Below, in pieces: positions 18,500 to 27,895 of a stretch of DNA of 50,274 nt. Both the position numbers and the translations under genes were made by a program. The notes under the pieces are model-generated. The model worked only from the letters and a program-made list of their open reading frames with translations. It was not told the origin of the DNA and did no database searches. The stretch covers positions 1 to 50,274 of the forward strand of contig MFOT01000007.1 of the NCBI GenBank assembly GCA_001782475.1, given 5' to 3'. The stretch is from Candidatus Levybacteria bacterium RIFCSPLOWO2_01_FULL_38_21 (GTDB taxonomy: Bacteria; Patescibacteriota; Microgenomatia; Levybacterales; UBA12049). Within the stretch, counting starts at the first letter, position 1. The number at the start of each line of letters is the position of its first letter.

Positions 18500-18912
18500 A
18501 ACAATTAAAAACAGAAATTATTGCACTCTGCGATTATGCAAATGTGTCACGAGAAGGCAAGTTAAGTATCAATGGAATTTTTGACGAACTTAGAGTTCAG
18601 CAATTTCCAGGCGGAATAGCTCGCGCATTTTTTATAGCAACTGTTAGTGGAACTCCATCCACCAGTTATAAATTGACTCTGAAAATTGAACCATCTAAGG
18701 GACTCGTAAATCAACCGAATGAGTTCACTTTAGGTGCCTTTACAGCGCCTAATGGGAAAAATAATCTAATTGTAGAACTTATTAATCTAGGATTTAAGGA
18801 AAAAGGCGATTACAGATTTATCCTGTATGAAGGAAAACAAGAAATTGGCTCAACTTTATTAAAAGTTATGCGTCAACAACAAGAGCATAACGATATAAAA
18901 TTACCAAATTAA
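18496..18912 (+). CDS. Hypothetical protein, DUF6941-like
   Basis: LCDYA...GKLSINGIFD...G.Y.F pattern; overlaps nrdR stop. Confidence 0.6.
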   Translation: MKQLKTEIIALCDYANVSREGKLSINGIFDELRVQQFPGGIARAFFIATVSGTPSTSYKLTLKIEPSKGLVNQPNEFTLGAFTAPNGKNNLIVELINLGFKEKGDYRFILYEGKQEIGSTLLKVMRQQQEHNDIKLPN

Positions 18913-18914
18913 TT

Positions 18915-21377
18915 ATGAAACTTGATGGAATAAGGAATAAAGTATTTTTGGATAGATATGCTTTAAAGGGAGTTAAGGGAGAGTTGCTTGAGAAATCTCC
19001 TGAGGAAATGTGGAAAAGAGTAGCAAGGGGTATTGCCGAAAATGAAAAGAAAATTAAAAGAGCTTATTGGAAACAAAAATTTTATAGTGTAATGAAAGAC
19101 TTCAAGTTTGTTCCCGGCGGAAGAATCCTCTCCGGTGCGGGAACAGATTATGAGGTGACCTATTTCAACTGCTTTGTTATTCCATCTCCAAAAGATTCAA
19201 GAGAGGGAATTTTAGAATCCTTAAAACAGCTGGTAGAGATTCAATCAAGATCAGGGGGAGTTGGTCTTAATCTTTCATCTCTAAGACCAAGGGGTGCCCG
19301 TGTTAAAAAAGTAAATGGAACATCCTCCGGTCCTGTAACTTGGGCAGGATTATTTTCATACGCAACCCATGATGTTGTCCAGCAAGGGGGAACAAGACGA
19401 GGAGCAACTATGCTTATGCTTTGGGACTGGCATCCGGATATTGAAGAATTTATAACTGTAAAACAGGACCTCTCCAAAATAAACGGAGCAAATCTTTCCG
19501 TTTGTATCTCCGATAGTTTTATGGAAGCGGTTAAAAAAGACAGCGATTGGGATTTGGTTTATCCGGACTTAGATGATCCTAAATACGATGCAAAATGGAA
19601 CGGAGAAATAGATGAGTGGAAAAAACTAGGCGGAAAAATAAAAGTTTATAAAATTGTAAAAGCCCGATATCTTTGGAATCTAATCTGCGAAGCTGCCTGG
19701 AGAAGTGCTGAGCCTGGGCTTCATTTTCTTCAAAGGTCAAATAAAAGAAGCAACACCTGGTATTTTGAAAAACTAATCGCCACAAATCCCTGCGGAGAAC
19801 AACCCCTTGGTGCTTGGGCTGTTTGTAATCTCGGTGCAATGAATTTGGCGGCCTATGTTAAAAATGAAAAATTCGATTATGAGAGCTTTTCGGAAGATGT
19901 AAAAGTTGCAATAAGATTCTTAGACAACGTTATAGATAAAACTTATCACTTCTTTAAACAGAACGAAAAAGTAGCCAAAGACATCAGAAGAACCGGACTT
20001 GGCATTATGGGCTTGGGAGATGCGCTTATTAAAATGAAAGTACGCTACGGATCAGATGAATCTCTTAAGATTATAGATAAAATTTTTGAGACTTTAAGAA
20101 ATAGCGCCTATGATGCATCTTCTGATATTGCAAAAGAAAAAGGAGCATTCCCAAAGTTCAATAAAGCAAAGTATTTGGAAGGTTACCATATTAAAGAGTT
20201 GACACCAGAAATTCAAAAAAAGATTGCAAAGCAGGGCATAAGAAATGCTGTTCTTTTAACTATTGCACCAACTGGAACAACTTCGCTTCTTTCGGGAGTG
20301 ACATCGGGGATTGAGCCGGTTTATGAATTCACCTTTATAAGGCGGGATAGAACCGGAGAGCACATTATGTATCATCCGTTTTTTGAAGAGTGGAAAAAAG
20401 AGAACCCTTCGGCAGGCTCAGGGCAAGTCCCGGATAGGCCTGATTATTTTGTCTGCGCAAATGATCTGACTCCACCTGAGCATGCGCAAGTTCAGGCAGT
20501 TGCGCAAAAATATGTAGATGCATCTATTTCAAAAACAGTGAATGCTCCAAACTCTCACACAGTCGAGGATGTAAAAACACTTTATATGGCAGCTTATGAC
20601 TTAGGACTTAAAGGGGTAACTTATATGAGAGATGGAAGTCGAGAGGGAGTTCTTTCAAGGGTTGAAGATAAAAAAGATCCTTCGGCAAGCTCAGGACAAG
20701 AGAAAATTACCAAACCGGTTATTCCACGCCCCATGCAGCTTGAAGGAGTGACTTATCAAATTCAAACACCTGTTGGAAAAACATACATTACTATTAATCA
20801 TAACGAGAACAAAGAGCCGTTTGAGGTTTTTATTACTATTGGAAAGTCAGGCTCTGATGTTGCGGCAATGGCAGATGCATTAGGCAGAATTATTTCCGTA
20901 AACCTTCGTCTCTTAGGAGGACTTTCTCCAAGAGAAAAAATAAGGGAGATTGTAGCCCAGCTTGCAGGAATTGGCGGAGCAAGAAGTGTCGGGTTTGGAA
21001 AAGATAAGGTGAGATCTTTACCAGACGGTGTTGCAAAAATACTTGCAATGCATTTTGGTTTCGCCGTAAATGGACAGGTTGAGGATAAAAATACTCAGGC
21101 CAATGGACAAGTCCAGCCCCAAGTATTAGCAAATGGGAACGGACCCTTTAATGGAAAAGCAGAAATTAAAACAGAAAACGAAAAAACCCCTGGGGTTGTT
21201 GAGATGCAACAGCTGGCACTGGTTGGAAAAGGAAGCGGACTTATGGCAGAAGACAGTAGTCCGTATGAGATAGCTGGAACAAGCCTTTATGATCTTTGTC
21301 CTGAATGCGGGGCGGGGAGTCTGGCATATGAGGAAGGATGCAGAAAATGCTACAGTTGTGGTTATTCAGAGTGCTAA
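18915..21377 (+). CDS. nrdJ: Adenosylcobalamin-dependent (class II) ribonucleotide reductase with C-terminal TSCPD/zinc-ribbon region
   Basis: FVPGGR, NCFV, QGGTRRGA, TNPCGEQ, CNLG, APTGT, ISKTVN, CPECG...EGC..C..CGYSEC; no beta subunit nearby. Confidence 0.93.
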   Translation: MKLDGIRNKVFLDRYALKGVKGELLEKSPEEMWKRVARGIAENEKKIKRAYWKQKFYSVMKDFKFVPGGRILSGAGTDYEVTYFNCFVIPSPKDSREGILESLKQLVEIQSRSGGVGLNLSSLRPRGARVKKVNGTSSGPVTWAGLFSYATHDVVQQGGTRRGATMLMLWDWHPDIEEFITVKQDLSKINGANLSVCISDSFMEAVKKDSDWDLVYPDLDDPKYDAKWNGEIDEWKKLGGKIKVYKIVKARYLWNLICEAAWRSAEPGLHFLQRSNKRSNTWYFEKLIATNPCGEQPLGAWAVCNLGAMNLAAYVKNEKFDYESFSEDVKVAIRFLDNVIDKTYHFFKQNEKVAKDIRRTGLGIMGLGDALIKMKVRYGSDESLKIIDKIFETLRNSAYDASSDIAKEKGAFPKFNKAKYLEGYHIKELTPEIQKKIAKQGIRNAVLLTIAPTGTTSLLSGVTSGIEPVYEFTFIRRDRTGEHIMYHPFFEEWKKENPSAGSGQVPDRPDYFVCANDLTPPEHAQVQAVAQKYVDASISKTVNAPNSHTVEDVKTLYMAAYDLGLKGVTYMRDGSREGVLSRVEDKKDPSASSGQEKITKPVIPRPMQLEGVTYQIQTPVGKTYITINHNENKEPFEVFITIGKSGSDVAAMADALGRIISVNLRLLGGLSPREKIREIVAQLAGIGGARSVGFGKDKVRSLPDGVAKILAMHFGFAVNGQVEDKNTQANGQVQPQVLANGNGPFNGKAEIKTENEKTPGVVEMQQLALVGKGSGLMAEDSSPYEIAGTSLYDLCPECGAGSLAYEEGCRKCYSCGYSEC
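20404..20427 (+). repeat. Family A element in nrdJ, copy 1
   Basis: acccttcggcaggctcagggcaag, peptide NPSAGSGQ. Confidence 0.9.
20677..20700 (+). repeat. Family A element in nrdJ, copy 2
   Basis: atccttcggcaagctcaggacaag, peptide DPSASSGQ. Confidence 0.9.
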
Positions 21378-21411
21378 CCAGCAACTAGCAACTAGTTTCT
21401 AGTGACTAGTT
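21376..21411. repeat. Heptamer array after nrdJ stop
   Basis: aaccagc aactagc aactagt ttctagt gactagt. Confidence 0.75.
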
Positions 21412-21425
21412 TTTGACAATTAAAT

Positions 21426-21494
21426 TTGGAGTTCCGAAGTCTTTGAAAATAAGACACTGTGCCGCAACCGTTAGAGTCGGGTCGAAGGCTCCAA
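21426..21494 (+). ncRNA. Compact cobalamin riboswitch (candidate)
   Basis: ttggag/ctccaa closing stem; GAA-gtctt-TGAAAAT-aagac T-loop hairpin; ACTGTGCCGCAACCGT and GAGTCGG (CCG/CGG in place of usual CTG/CAG); between two B12-related genes. Confidence 0.72.
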
Positions 21495-21537
21495 GCTCAA
21501 ATTCCTCCTTCGAGCAAAGGAAAAAGAAACAACTTTT

Positions 21538-21564
21538 AACCTTCTTGATCGAGAAGGTTTTTTT
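21538..21564 (+). terminator. Intrinsic terminator/attenuator before pduO
   Basis: aaccttct-tgatcg-agaaggtt followed by T run. Confidence 0.75.
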
Positions 21565-21620
21565 ATGCTTCGACAAGCTCAGCATAGCCCGAAGCATAGT
21601 GAGCAAGGAGTCGAACTATG
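21565..21620. repeat. Pair of family A elements (forward + reverse) ending in pduO ATG
   Basis: atgcttcgacaagctcagcat; catagt-gagcAAGGAGtcga-actATG. Confidence 0.8.
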
Positions 21621-22148
21621 CCAATTTATACAAAAGCAGGGGATAAAGGACAAACAGGACTTTTTTCTGGAAAAAGAGTTTCAAAAGCAAACCCTCGGAT
21701 AGAGGCAATCGGTGCAGTGGATGAATTAAACAGCACGATAGGGTTCGCCCTATCGCAAATCCGAAATCCGAAATCCGAAATCCGAAAAGAATTAATAAAG
21801 ATTCAAAATGATCTATTTGAAATCGGCGCTGCGTTGGCAAATCCCAAACAGAAGATTAATCTTTCAAATAGAACAAAGGAATTCGAGAATATGATTGATA
21901 AAATGACTAAAGAATTGCCTCCGCTTTTTAACTTTGTTCTTCCTGGAGGAGGAATGGTAGGTTCATCTTTGCATATCGCAAGAACAGTTTGCCGTCGAAC
22001 GGAAAGAAGAATTGTTGAGTTATCTAAAAAAGAAAAAGTTCAAGGCGACCTCATTATTTATATAAATAGACTTTCCGATCTTTTTTTAACTATGTCAAGA
22101 TATATAAATTATAAAGAAAAACGGAAAGAGATTATTTGGAAAACCTAG
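21618..22148 (+). CDS. pduO: ATP:cob(I)alamin adenosyltransferase, PduO type
   Basis: IYTKAGDKGQT, GAVDELNS, FVLPGG, ARTVCRRTER, INRLSD. Confidence 0.93.
   Translation: MPIYTKAGDKGQTGLFSGKRVSKANPRIEAIGAVDELNSTIGFALSQIRNPKSEIRKELIKIQNDLFEIGAALANPKQKINLSNRTKEFENMIDKMTKELPPLFNFVLPGGGMVGSSLHIARTVCRRTERRIVELSKKEKVQGDLIIYINRLSDLFLTMSRYINYKEKRKEIIWKT
21757..21784 (+). repeat. In-frame perfect heptamer array (AAATCCG)x4 in pduO
   Basis: Encodes QIRNPKSEIR. Confidence 0.92.
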
Positions 22149-22160
22149 AGAGGAATTTTT

Positions 22161-23282
22161 ATGAGAACAGAAGCATATACAGTAGGTTTTGATACAAAAA
22201 ATTATCATGCGCCAATGCCTGATAATTATTCGCAAGATGAGATTTATCGAAGAAGAGAAAGCAATATTGGTAATAATATAATAAGATATTTAGGCGAATA
22301 TAGACTGGGAGTAAAGTATGATGAGTTTCATTATAATCTTGAGCAAGATGCTGAAAGTGGCGACTTTTTTCTTTCATCTCCCCACGCAGATCCAGGACCC
22401 ATATTAAATATCTATAGAAAGGCAATTAGTTACAAAGAAGAAAGAGGACTTCCGGTAGATAGAGAAGTAGCAGAATGTTTAGGATTCCAAAAACTGCAAG
22501 GAGGACTTGCAGATGCTCAAGAAGGAACATTAATTTTATGGGTTAGTCCTCCTGGACCAAAGGCTGATGGATATGGGGATCACAGTTTTACATTTATTGG
22601 GCAAGTAGTAAAAGACTCAGATGGAGGAAAAAGATTAAGAGTGATTCCTTACAGAAATGTTTTATCTTTGGAGGAGCATAAAAACTATTTGAAATATTTC
22701 AATGAAGATGCCCAACACTATGATAAAGATACAGACTTCCTAGCAAATCCAGTTGTCATTGAGCAATCAGAATCTATTCAAACACCAGACGACATAATAA
22801 GTTTTATCGGAGAGACTGAAAGGTTCAATATTGAATGGCGTAATAAGCTTACCCCCTTAATAATGCCTTTGGTAGGGGGATTTATACAGCTTGTTAGGGA
22901 AAAGGCATCGGATAAAGATTTGCTAAAAGCAAGACATGCAATTGAAAACTTTGTATTAGAGAAAAAAGATTACATCTTAGACAGGGACAGGAGTCCTCAG
23001 TTAGTTTTTGAAAACCAACCTCGGGAAGTTTTCGAAAGGTATGGAAACACTACTCCGCCAATTGTTGGCGGAAGCTGTGGGTTTAGCGCGAGCGGAGAGG
23101 ACAGTTCTATTTTGAGCATTAATCTTAAAGATAAATATGGACCAAGAATTTTTAGTTGTCCGGAGTGTGGAAAGACCAATATAAGACCCGAAAACGAACT
23201 CCTTTCCAATTGTCAGCATTGCGGCAGCGATAAAGTTTCCTGCTGTGATGTTGATAAATCTTCTTTTGTTCTTGCTGCATAA
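22161..23282 (+). CDS. Hypothetical protein with C-terminal zinc ribbon
   Basis: 373 aa; WVSPPG; CPECG...CQHCG. Confidence 0.75.
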   Translation: MRTEAYTVGFDTKNYHAPMPDNYSQDEIYRRRESNIGNNIIRYLGEYRLGVKYDEFHYNLEQDAESGDFFLSSPHADPGPILNIYRKAISYKEERGLPVDREVAECLGFQKLQGGLADAQEGTLILWVSPPGPKADGYGDHSFTFIGQVVKDSDGGKRLRVIPYRNVLSLEEHKNYLKYFNEDAQHYDKDTDFLANPVVIEQSESIQTPDDIISFIGETERFNIEWRNKLTPLIMPLVGGFIQLVREKASDKDLLKARHAIENFVLEKKDYILDRDRSPQLVFENQPREVFERYGNTTPPIVGGSCGFSASGEDSSILSINLKDKYGPRIFSCPECGKTNIRPENELLSNCQHCGSDKVSCCDVDKSSFVLAA

Positions 23283-23341
23283 AGAACTTGTTAGGCAAAT
23301 ATAATGACACGTTTCCTAATTCGTGCTATCATGAATTAGAT

Positions 23342-23776
23342 ATGGATCCGACTAAAGATCAAACAGATCAACCGACAGTTGTCCCTCCTAATCAGGATGT
23401 AGTTTCACCCATTGCTCCATCTGTTGGCGGCCCTTCTAAAGAAGTAGAACCGCCATCGCATGACTTGATAAGCTCATCCGAAAAAAGACCGGAAATTTCT
23501 GCCGAATTAGCAGAAATAGGAGTAAAAGAAGTTTCGGAAACTCCACAGTTGACTCAAGAACATACGGAAGCTGGGATAAGAGTTTCCCAAAGGCCGGTAG
23601 AGCCAGTAACAACTTCCGTGCCAGTAAGTTTTAAATCACCACTCACCCAAGCGGAAATGGCCATAGCTAAAAAAAGTAGGATCTCGGATGCGATTCACTG
23701 GCTTGCAGCAACAATATTAAGGCAAGTTAAAAGATCAAGATTTGATCAGAAGCAATCTTTGCCGAAACCGATATGA
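23342..23776 (+). CDS. Hypothetical low-complexity protein (start moved to ATG 23342)
   Basis: P/S/E-rich, ends in ..DAIHWLA..ILRQ; overlaps next gene. Confidence 0.7.
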   Translation: MDPTKDQTDQPTVVPPNQDVVSPIAPSVGGPSKEVEPPSHDLISSSEKRPEISAELAEIGVKEVSETPQLTQEHTEAGIRVSQRPVEPVTTSVPVSFKSPLTQAEMAIAKKSRISDAIHWLAATILRQVKRSRFDQKQSLPKPI

Positions 23777-26151
23777 CGTTAGAGACATTTTCACCTGCAA
23801 ATATAATAAATTTCTTTGTCCTATTCTTTCTGGGCATTTTTTCCGCAATTTTAATATTACTTTTGATTTTTCTTTTGGGGTACGGACTTATTCTTTGGTT
23901 TAGAAACAGAAATAGGGAAAAAGAATCTTTAGACTCAACTCTTCTTGAAGTTTCAATGCCGCGGGATAACGAAATTAAAATTGATGCCGCAGAACAAATG
24001 TTTGCAAGCTTTGCGTCACTTCGAAAAGGAAACAGATTGTCTTTTTTAAATTCTCAGCCGCATATTTCTTTTGAGATCGTTGGAATGCCTGAGGATATCC
24101 GTTTTTACGTGAATACCCCAAATAAAATTAAAGATTTTGTAGAAAAACAAATTAACGGCGCATATCCTGAGGCAGACATAAAAGAGGTAGAACAATCTCT
24201 TTTTACAAAAGAGGGCTATTCTATTGGAAATGAGTATAATATTTTTCCAAGAGAAGGTAAGGTCGCATTTACCAGTTTAAGACTTAAATTCTCAAATTAT
24301 ATGCCTATTAAGGTATTTAAAGACTTACCAACAGATCCTCTTTCCTCGCTTACCTCTGTTTTGGCAAAAATGGCTCACGGCGAAGGCGCCGCTATTCAAA
24401 TAATGCTTAGTCCTTCGGATTCCAGATGGAAAAAACAGGGCAGAACTTACATTTCAAAAATAAAAAAGGCTGAATCAAATCCCGAAACCGCAAAATACTC
24501 AGCAGACCCCAAGGAACTTGAAGGAATAGAGAATAAAATCGGAAAACCGGGGTTTAGTATTGTTATAAGAATAGTAGTTTCTTCGGTAACTTCAGAAGCT
24601 GCCCAAGCCCATTTAAATAATATTGTAAACAGCTTTAGTCAGTTTGACGGATTAAATTCATTTACGAGAAATTCACACAGATTCAAGGGCCTTTTTATGC
24701 ATGATTTTATCTACAGATATATGCCAATAAGAGGTCAAACCTCTGTTTTAACAAGCGAGGAGCTGACAACTATATTCCACTTTCCCAATAAAAGCGTTGA
24801 AACTCCTCATATACACTGGGTTACTGCAAAAAGAGCACCAGCTCCTATACAAATTTCACAATCCGGGCTTTTTCTTGGGAAAAGTAAATATAGAGGAATA
24901 GAAAAGCCTATTTATATTGATCTTGATGATCGAAGGCGCCATATGTATGTAATTGGAAAGACAGGCACTGGTAAATCCGAATTTTTAAAAGCTATGATAA
25001 TGCAGGATATAAAAAACGGAGAAGGTCTTGCGGTTATAGATCCTCACGGAGATTTAATCGATGACGTACTGCGACTTACTCCTTCTAAAAGAGCAGAGGA
25101 TGTTATATTGTTTGATCCATCAGATACCCAAAGGCCCATGGGTTTAAATATGCTTGAGGCAAGAACTGAGGAGCAAAAACATTATATTGTCTCATCAATA
25201 ATTGGCTTGATGTATAAACTTTTTGACCCGCACCAAACAGGTATTATCGGCCCTCGGTTTGAACATGCAATAAGAAACGCGATGTTAACCGTGATGTATG
25301 AAAAAGGAAGCACATTTGTCGAGGTTGTAAGAGCTCTGACCGACGCATCTTATGTTCAGGAGATTTTGCCAAAAGTTCAGGATCCGATCATTAGACGTTA
25401 TTGGACAGATCAGATTGCTCAAACATCAGACTTTCATAAATCAGAAGTCTTAGATTATATTGTTTCAAAATTTGGAAGATTTGTAACGAATAAAACAATT
25501 AGAAATATTATTGGACAATCTTATAGCTCATTCGATTTTAGAAAAGTTATGGATGAGGGAAAAATTTTGTTAATTAATTTATCAAAAGGAAAGATAGGGG
25601 AGGAAAACTCAAATTTCCTAGGCCTTGTTCTTGTGCCGAAAATCTTAGTTGCCGCAATGTCCAGGCAGGATGTGCCGATTGATCAAAGGCGGGATTTCTT
25701 CTTATATGTTGATGAATTTCAAAACTTTGCAACACCGGATTTTGCCCAAATATTATCTGAAGCACGAAAATATAGACTTAATTTAATTGTTGCAAATCAG
25801 TTTATTGGGCAGATGGAAGAGGATGTTAAAAATGCAATATTTGGAAACGTAGGGTCAATTATTTCATTTAGAGTTGGTGTTACCGATGCAAATTATCTTC
25901 AGCACGAGTATCAGCCGGTTTTTACCGAGGCAGATTTGATAAATGTTGAAAGATTTAATACTTATGTTAAAACTATTGTAAAAGGTGAACCGGTTACACC
26001 TTTTTCTATGGATTTAACGCGCGATATGAGTGAAGAGAAAAAACTTATGAATCCAAGAGTCTCGGAGCTTATCCGCGAACTTTCAAGACTTAAGTACGGA
26101 AAAGATATCATGCAAGTTGAAGCGGAGATTGCAAAAAGAGCCAAATTATAA
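23773..26151 (+). CDS. Membrane-anchored TraG/TraD/VirD4-like (HerA/DUF87-related) ATPase
   Basis: RRRHMYVIGKTGTGKS Walker A, IDPHGDL, YVDEFQNF Walker B, SEARKY, ANQF. Confidence 0.88.
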   Translation: MTLETFSPANIINFFVLFFLGIFSAILILLLIFLLGYGLILWFRNRNREKESLDSTLLEVSMPRDNEIKIDAAEQMFASFASLRKGNRLSFLNSQPHISFEIVGMPEDIRFYVNTPNKIKDFVEKQINGAYPEADIKEVEQSLFTKEGYSIGNEYNIFPREGKVAFTSLRLKFSNYMPIKVFKDLPTDPLSSLTSVLAKMAHGEGAAIQIMLSPSDSRWKKQGRTYISKIKKAESNPETAKYSADPKELEGIENKIGKPGFSIVIRIVVSSVTSEAAQAHLNNIVNSFSQFDGLNSFTRNSHRFKGLFMHDFIYRYMPIRGQTSVLTSEELTTIFHFPNKSVETPHIHWVTAKRAPAPIQISQSGLFLGKSKYRGIEKPIYIDLDDRRRHMYVIGKTGTGKSEFLKAMIMQDIKNGEGLAVIDPHGDLIDDVLRLTPSKRAEDVILFDPSDTQRPMGLNMLEARTEEQKHYIVSSIIGLMYKLFDPHQTGIIGPRFEHAIRNAMLTVMYEKGSTFVEVVRALTDASYVQEILPKVQDPIIRRYWTDQIAQTSDFHKSEVLDYIVSKFGRFVTNKTIRNIIGQSYSSFDFRKVMDEGKILLINLSKGKIGEENSNFLGLVLVPKILVAAMSRQDVPIDQRRDFFLYVDEFQNFATPDFAQILSEARKYRLNLIVANQFIGQMEEDVKNAIFGNVGSIISFRVGVTDANYLQHEYQPVFTEADLINVERFNTYVKTIVKGEPVTPFSMDLTRDMSEEKKLMNPRVSELIRELSRLKYGKDIMQVEAEIAKRAKL

Positions 26152-26201
26152 TTCTTCCTTGCCCTCGGAGTTCTTCTTTGCTAAAATTAGCATGATTAGA
26201 A

Positions 26202-26274
26202 GGAGCTGTAGTTCACCGGTCAGAACGCGATCCTTATAAGATCGATGTAGATGGTTCGACTCCATCCAGCTCCA
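26202..26274 (+). tRNA. tRNA-Ile (anticodon UAU)
   Basis: Acceptor GGAGCTG/CAGCTCC-A; anticodon arm cgatc-ctTATaa-gatcg; T arm gatgg-ttcgact-ccatc; no encoded CCA. Confidence 0.88.
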
Positions 26275-26290
26275 CATGGGAAAAAATGGT

Positions 26291-26992
26291 ATGAAGAGTA
26301 AGGTGGTTTTGGCAGTTGGGGCACACCCCGATGATATAGAATTTGGAGCTTCTGGAACCATAGCAAAATGGGCGCAAGAGGGAGCAGAGTGTTATTATCT
26401 AATCTGTACAGACGGAAGCAGGGGATCCACAGATCCAAAGATGACTCATAAAAGACTTGTTCAGGTTAGAAGAAAGGAGCAGGAGGGAGCAGCAAAAATT
26501 TTGGGCCTTAAAAAGGTCTATTTCTTAGACTATACAGATACTCTTTTAACTGCAGACTACGCTCTAAGACGCGACATAGCAAAAATTATAAAAATCATAA
26601 AACCGGATATAGTGGTTACCATGGACCCAACTTTTTACTACTCCGAACAGTTTAATTTTATAAATCATACGGATCATAGAGCCGCAGCCCTGGCTACTAT
26701 GGATGCATGTTACCCCTTGGCTCGGGACAGATTAACATTTCCTGAACATGAAAAAGAGGGCTTAACGCCACATCGCGTCGAGGAGATTTGGTTTATTGGT
26801 TTTGATAAAACTAATTTGCTGATAGATATTACAGACACTTTTGTTAAAAAAATTGAAGCTATTACTATGCACAAGAGTCAATTTGAAAACATGGAGCATG
26901 TTATAAAAAGAGTAGAGGAGAGAGCAAGATATTTCGGAATTACAAAGGGTTGTAAATACGCAGAAAACTTCGTTCGGGTTGAGCTTTTTTAA
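26291..26992 (+). CDS. PIG-L/LmbE family deacetylase
   Basis: AHPDD, TDGSRG, RRKEQ..A, HTDH, HKSQ. Confidence 0.9.
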   Translation: MKSKVVLAVGAHPDDIEFGASGTIAKWAQEGAECYYLICTDGSRGSTDPKMTHKRLVQVRRKEQEGAAKILGLKKVYFLDYTDTLLTADYALRRDIAKIIKIIKPDIVVTMDPTFYYSEQFNFINHTDHRAAALATMDACYPLARDRLTFPEHEKEGLTPHRVEEIWFIGFDKTNLLIDITDTFVKKIEAITMHKSQFENMEHVIKRVEERARYFGITKGCKYAENFVRVELF

Positions 26993-27849
26993 AGATCTGA
27001 AAGAGTTGATGTTTCTTTGCCTCTTTCCCCAACATAATTAAGATATCTTTCGGTTGTAGAAAGTCTTTTATGTCCTAAAATTTTAGAAAGTAAAACCAAA
27101 GAAGCACCCTGTTTTAAGTGATGGGCAACAAATGTGTGTCTTAAATCATTTACCCTTGCATCTTTTACTTCTGCCAATCGGAAATACCTTTCCATAGAAG
27201 TTCTGATATTTCTTACCAAAAATGGTCTCCCAGATTTTGTGATAAAAAGATGACTGTCCTTTGTCTTTGGTCTTATTTCCAGATATTTTTGGAGCGCCTC
27301 CTGCGCCCTTTTATTAAGCGGAATTTCTCTTTCTTCGTGTTTTTCGTATGCTGCTATGTGCAAAGAATCCTTTTTACTATCGGAAACCCTGAGGTTCGCC
27401 AGTTCTCCAATTCTTATCCCTGTTTGAAGTAAAAGTTCAATGATTGCAAACATTCTGGGGTCGTTTCTTGCTGCGTCTCGCAAGGCTCTATATTCGGTTG
27501 GCGTGAGTATTCTGGGTGGTGCAAGCTGATATCTTGGGTGGGCGACTAAAAGAGAAGGGTCATCGGTAACATATTCGTTGATTTTAAGAAATCTATAAAA
27601 AGTTCGAGTAGAATTAATCTTTCGTGAAATTGATTTTGGGGTGTAACCGTCTTTCTGCATTTTTGCCAAAAATGCCTCTATGTCCTCTTTGGTTACTTCG
27701 TGAATTTGATTTTTCGCAACCTCTTCCAAAAACGAAATAAGTTGCTCTATATCTTTGCCATATGCTACAATTGTAGAGTTCGAATGCTTTTTGTTTTTAA
27801 GAAAATTTTTAAACTCTTGGTGGGCATCCCGGAGCTTTATGGTTTTCAT
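26989..27849 (-). CDS. XerC/XerD-like tyrosine recombinase
   Basis: SAM-like N-domain; TGIRIGEL, NDLRHTF (N in place of first H), LGH..LSTTERY. Confidence 0.88.
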   Translation of the reverse strand: MKTIKLRDAHQEFKNFLKNKKHSNSTIVAYGKDIEQLISFLEEVAKNQIHEVTKEDIEAFLAKMQKDGYTPKSISRKINSTRTFYRFLKINEYVTDDPSLLVAHPRYQLAPPRILTPTEYRALRDAARNDPRMFAIIELLLQTGIRIGELANLRVSDSKKDSLHIAAYEKHEEREIPLNKRAQEALQKYLEIRPKTKDSHLFITKSGRPFLVRNIRTSMERYFRLAEVKDARVNDLRHTFVAHHLKQGASLVLLSKILGHKRLSTTERYLNYVGERGKETSTLSDL

Positions 27850-27895
27850 ACTTCGATTTCACTCAGTATGATCCTGAGCAGAGTCGAAGGATCAT
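27847..27895. repeat. Pair of family A elements ending in the recombinase ATG
   Basis: Minus strand atgatccttcgactctgctcaggat-catact-gagtgaaatcga-agtATG. Confidence 0.8.

Noticed and set aside
18915-21377. Intein or intron in nrdJ
   Set aside because: Length and motif spacing look normal; only two short family A inserts.
21413-21646. TTGACA promoter and 77-aa ORF between nrdJ and pduO
   Set aside because: No -10 at 16-18 nt; region is better explained by riboswitch, terminator and repeats.
21736-21755. Hairpin cgataggg-ttcg-ccctatcg in pduO
   Set aside because: Overlaps the conserved LNS.IG coding region with no evident insertion; single copy.
23773-26151. Conjugative element suggested by TraG/VirD4-like ATPase
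   Set aside because: No relaxase, VirB genes or boundaries; such ATPases are common chromosomal genes in CPR genomes.
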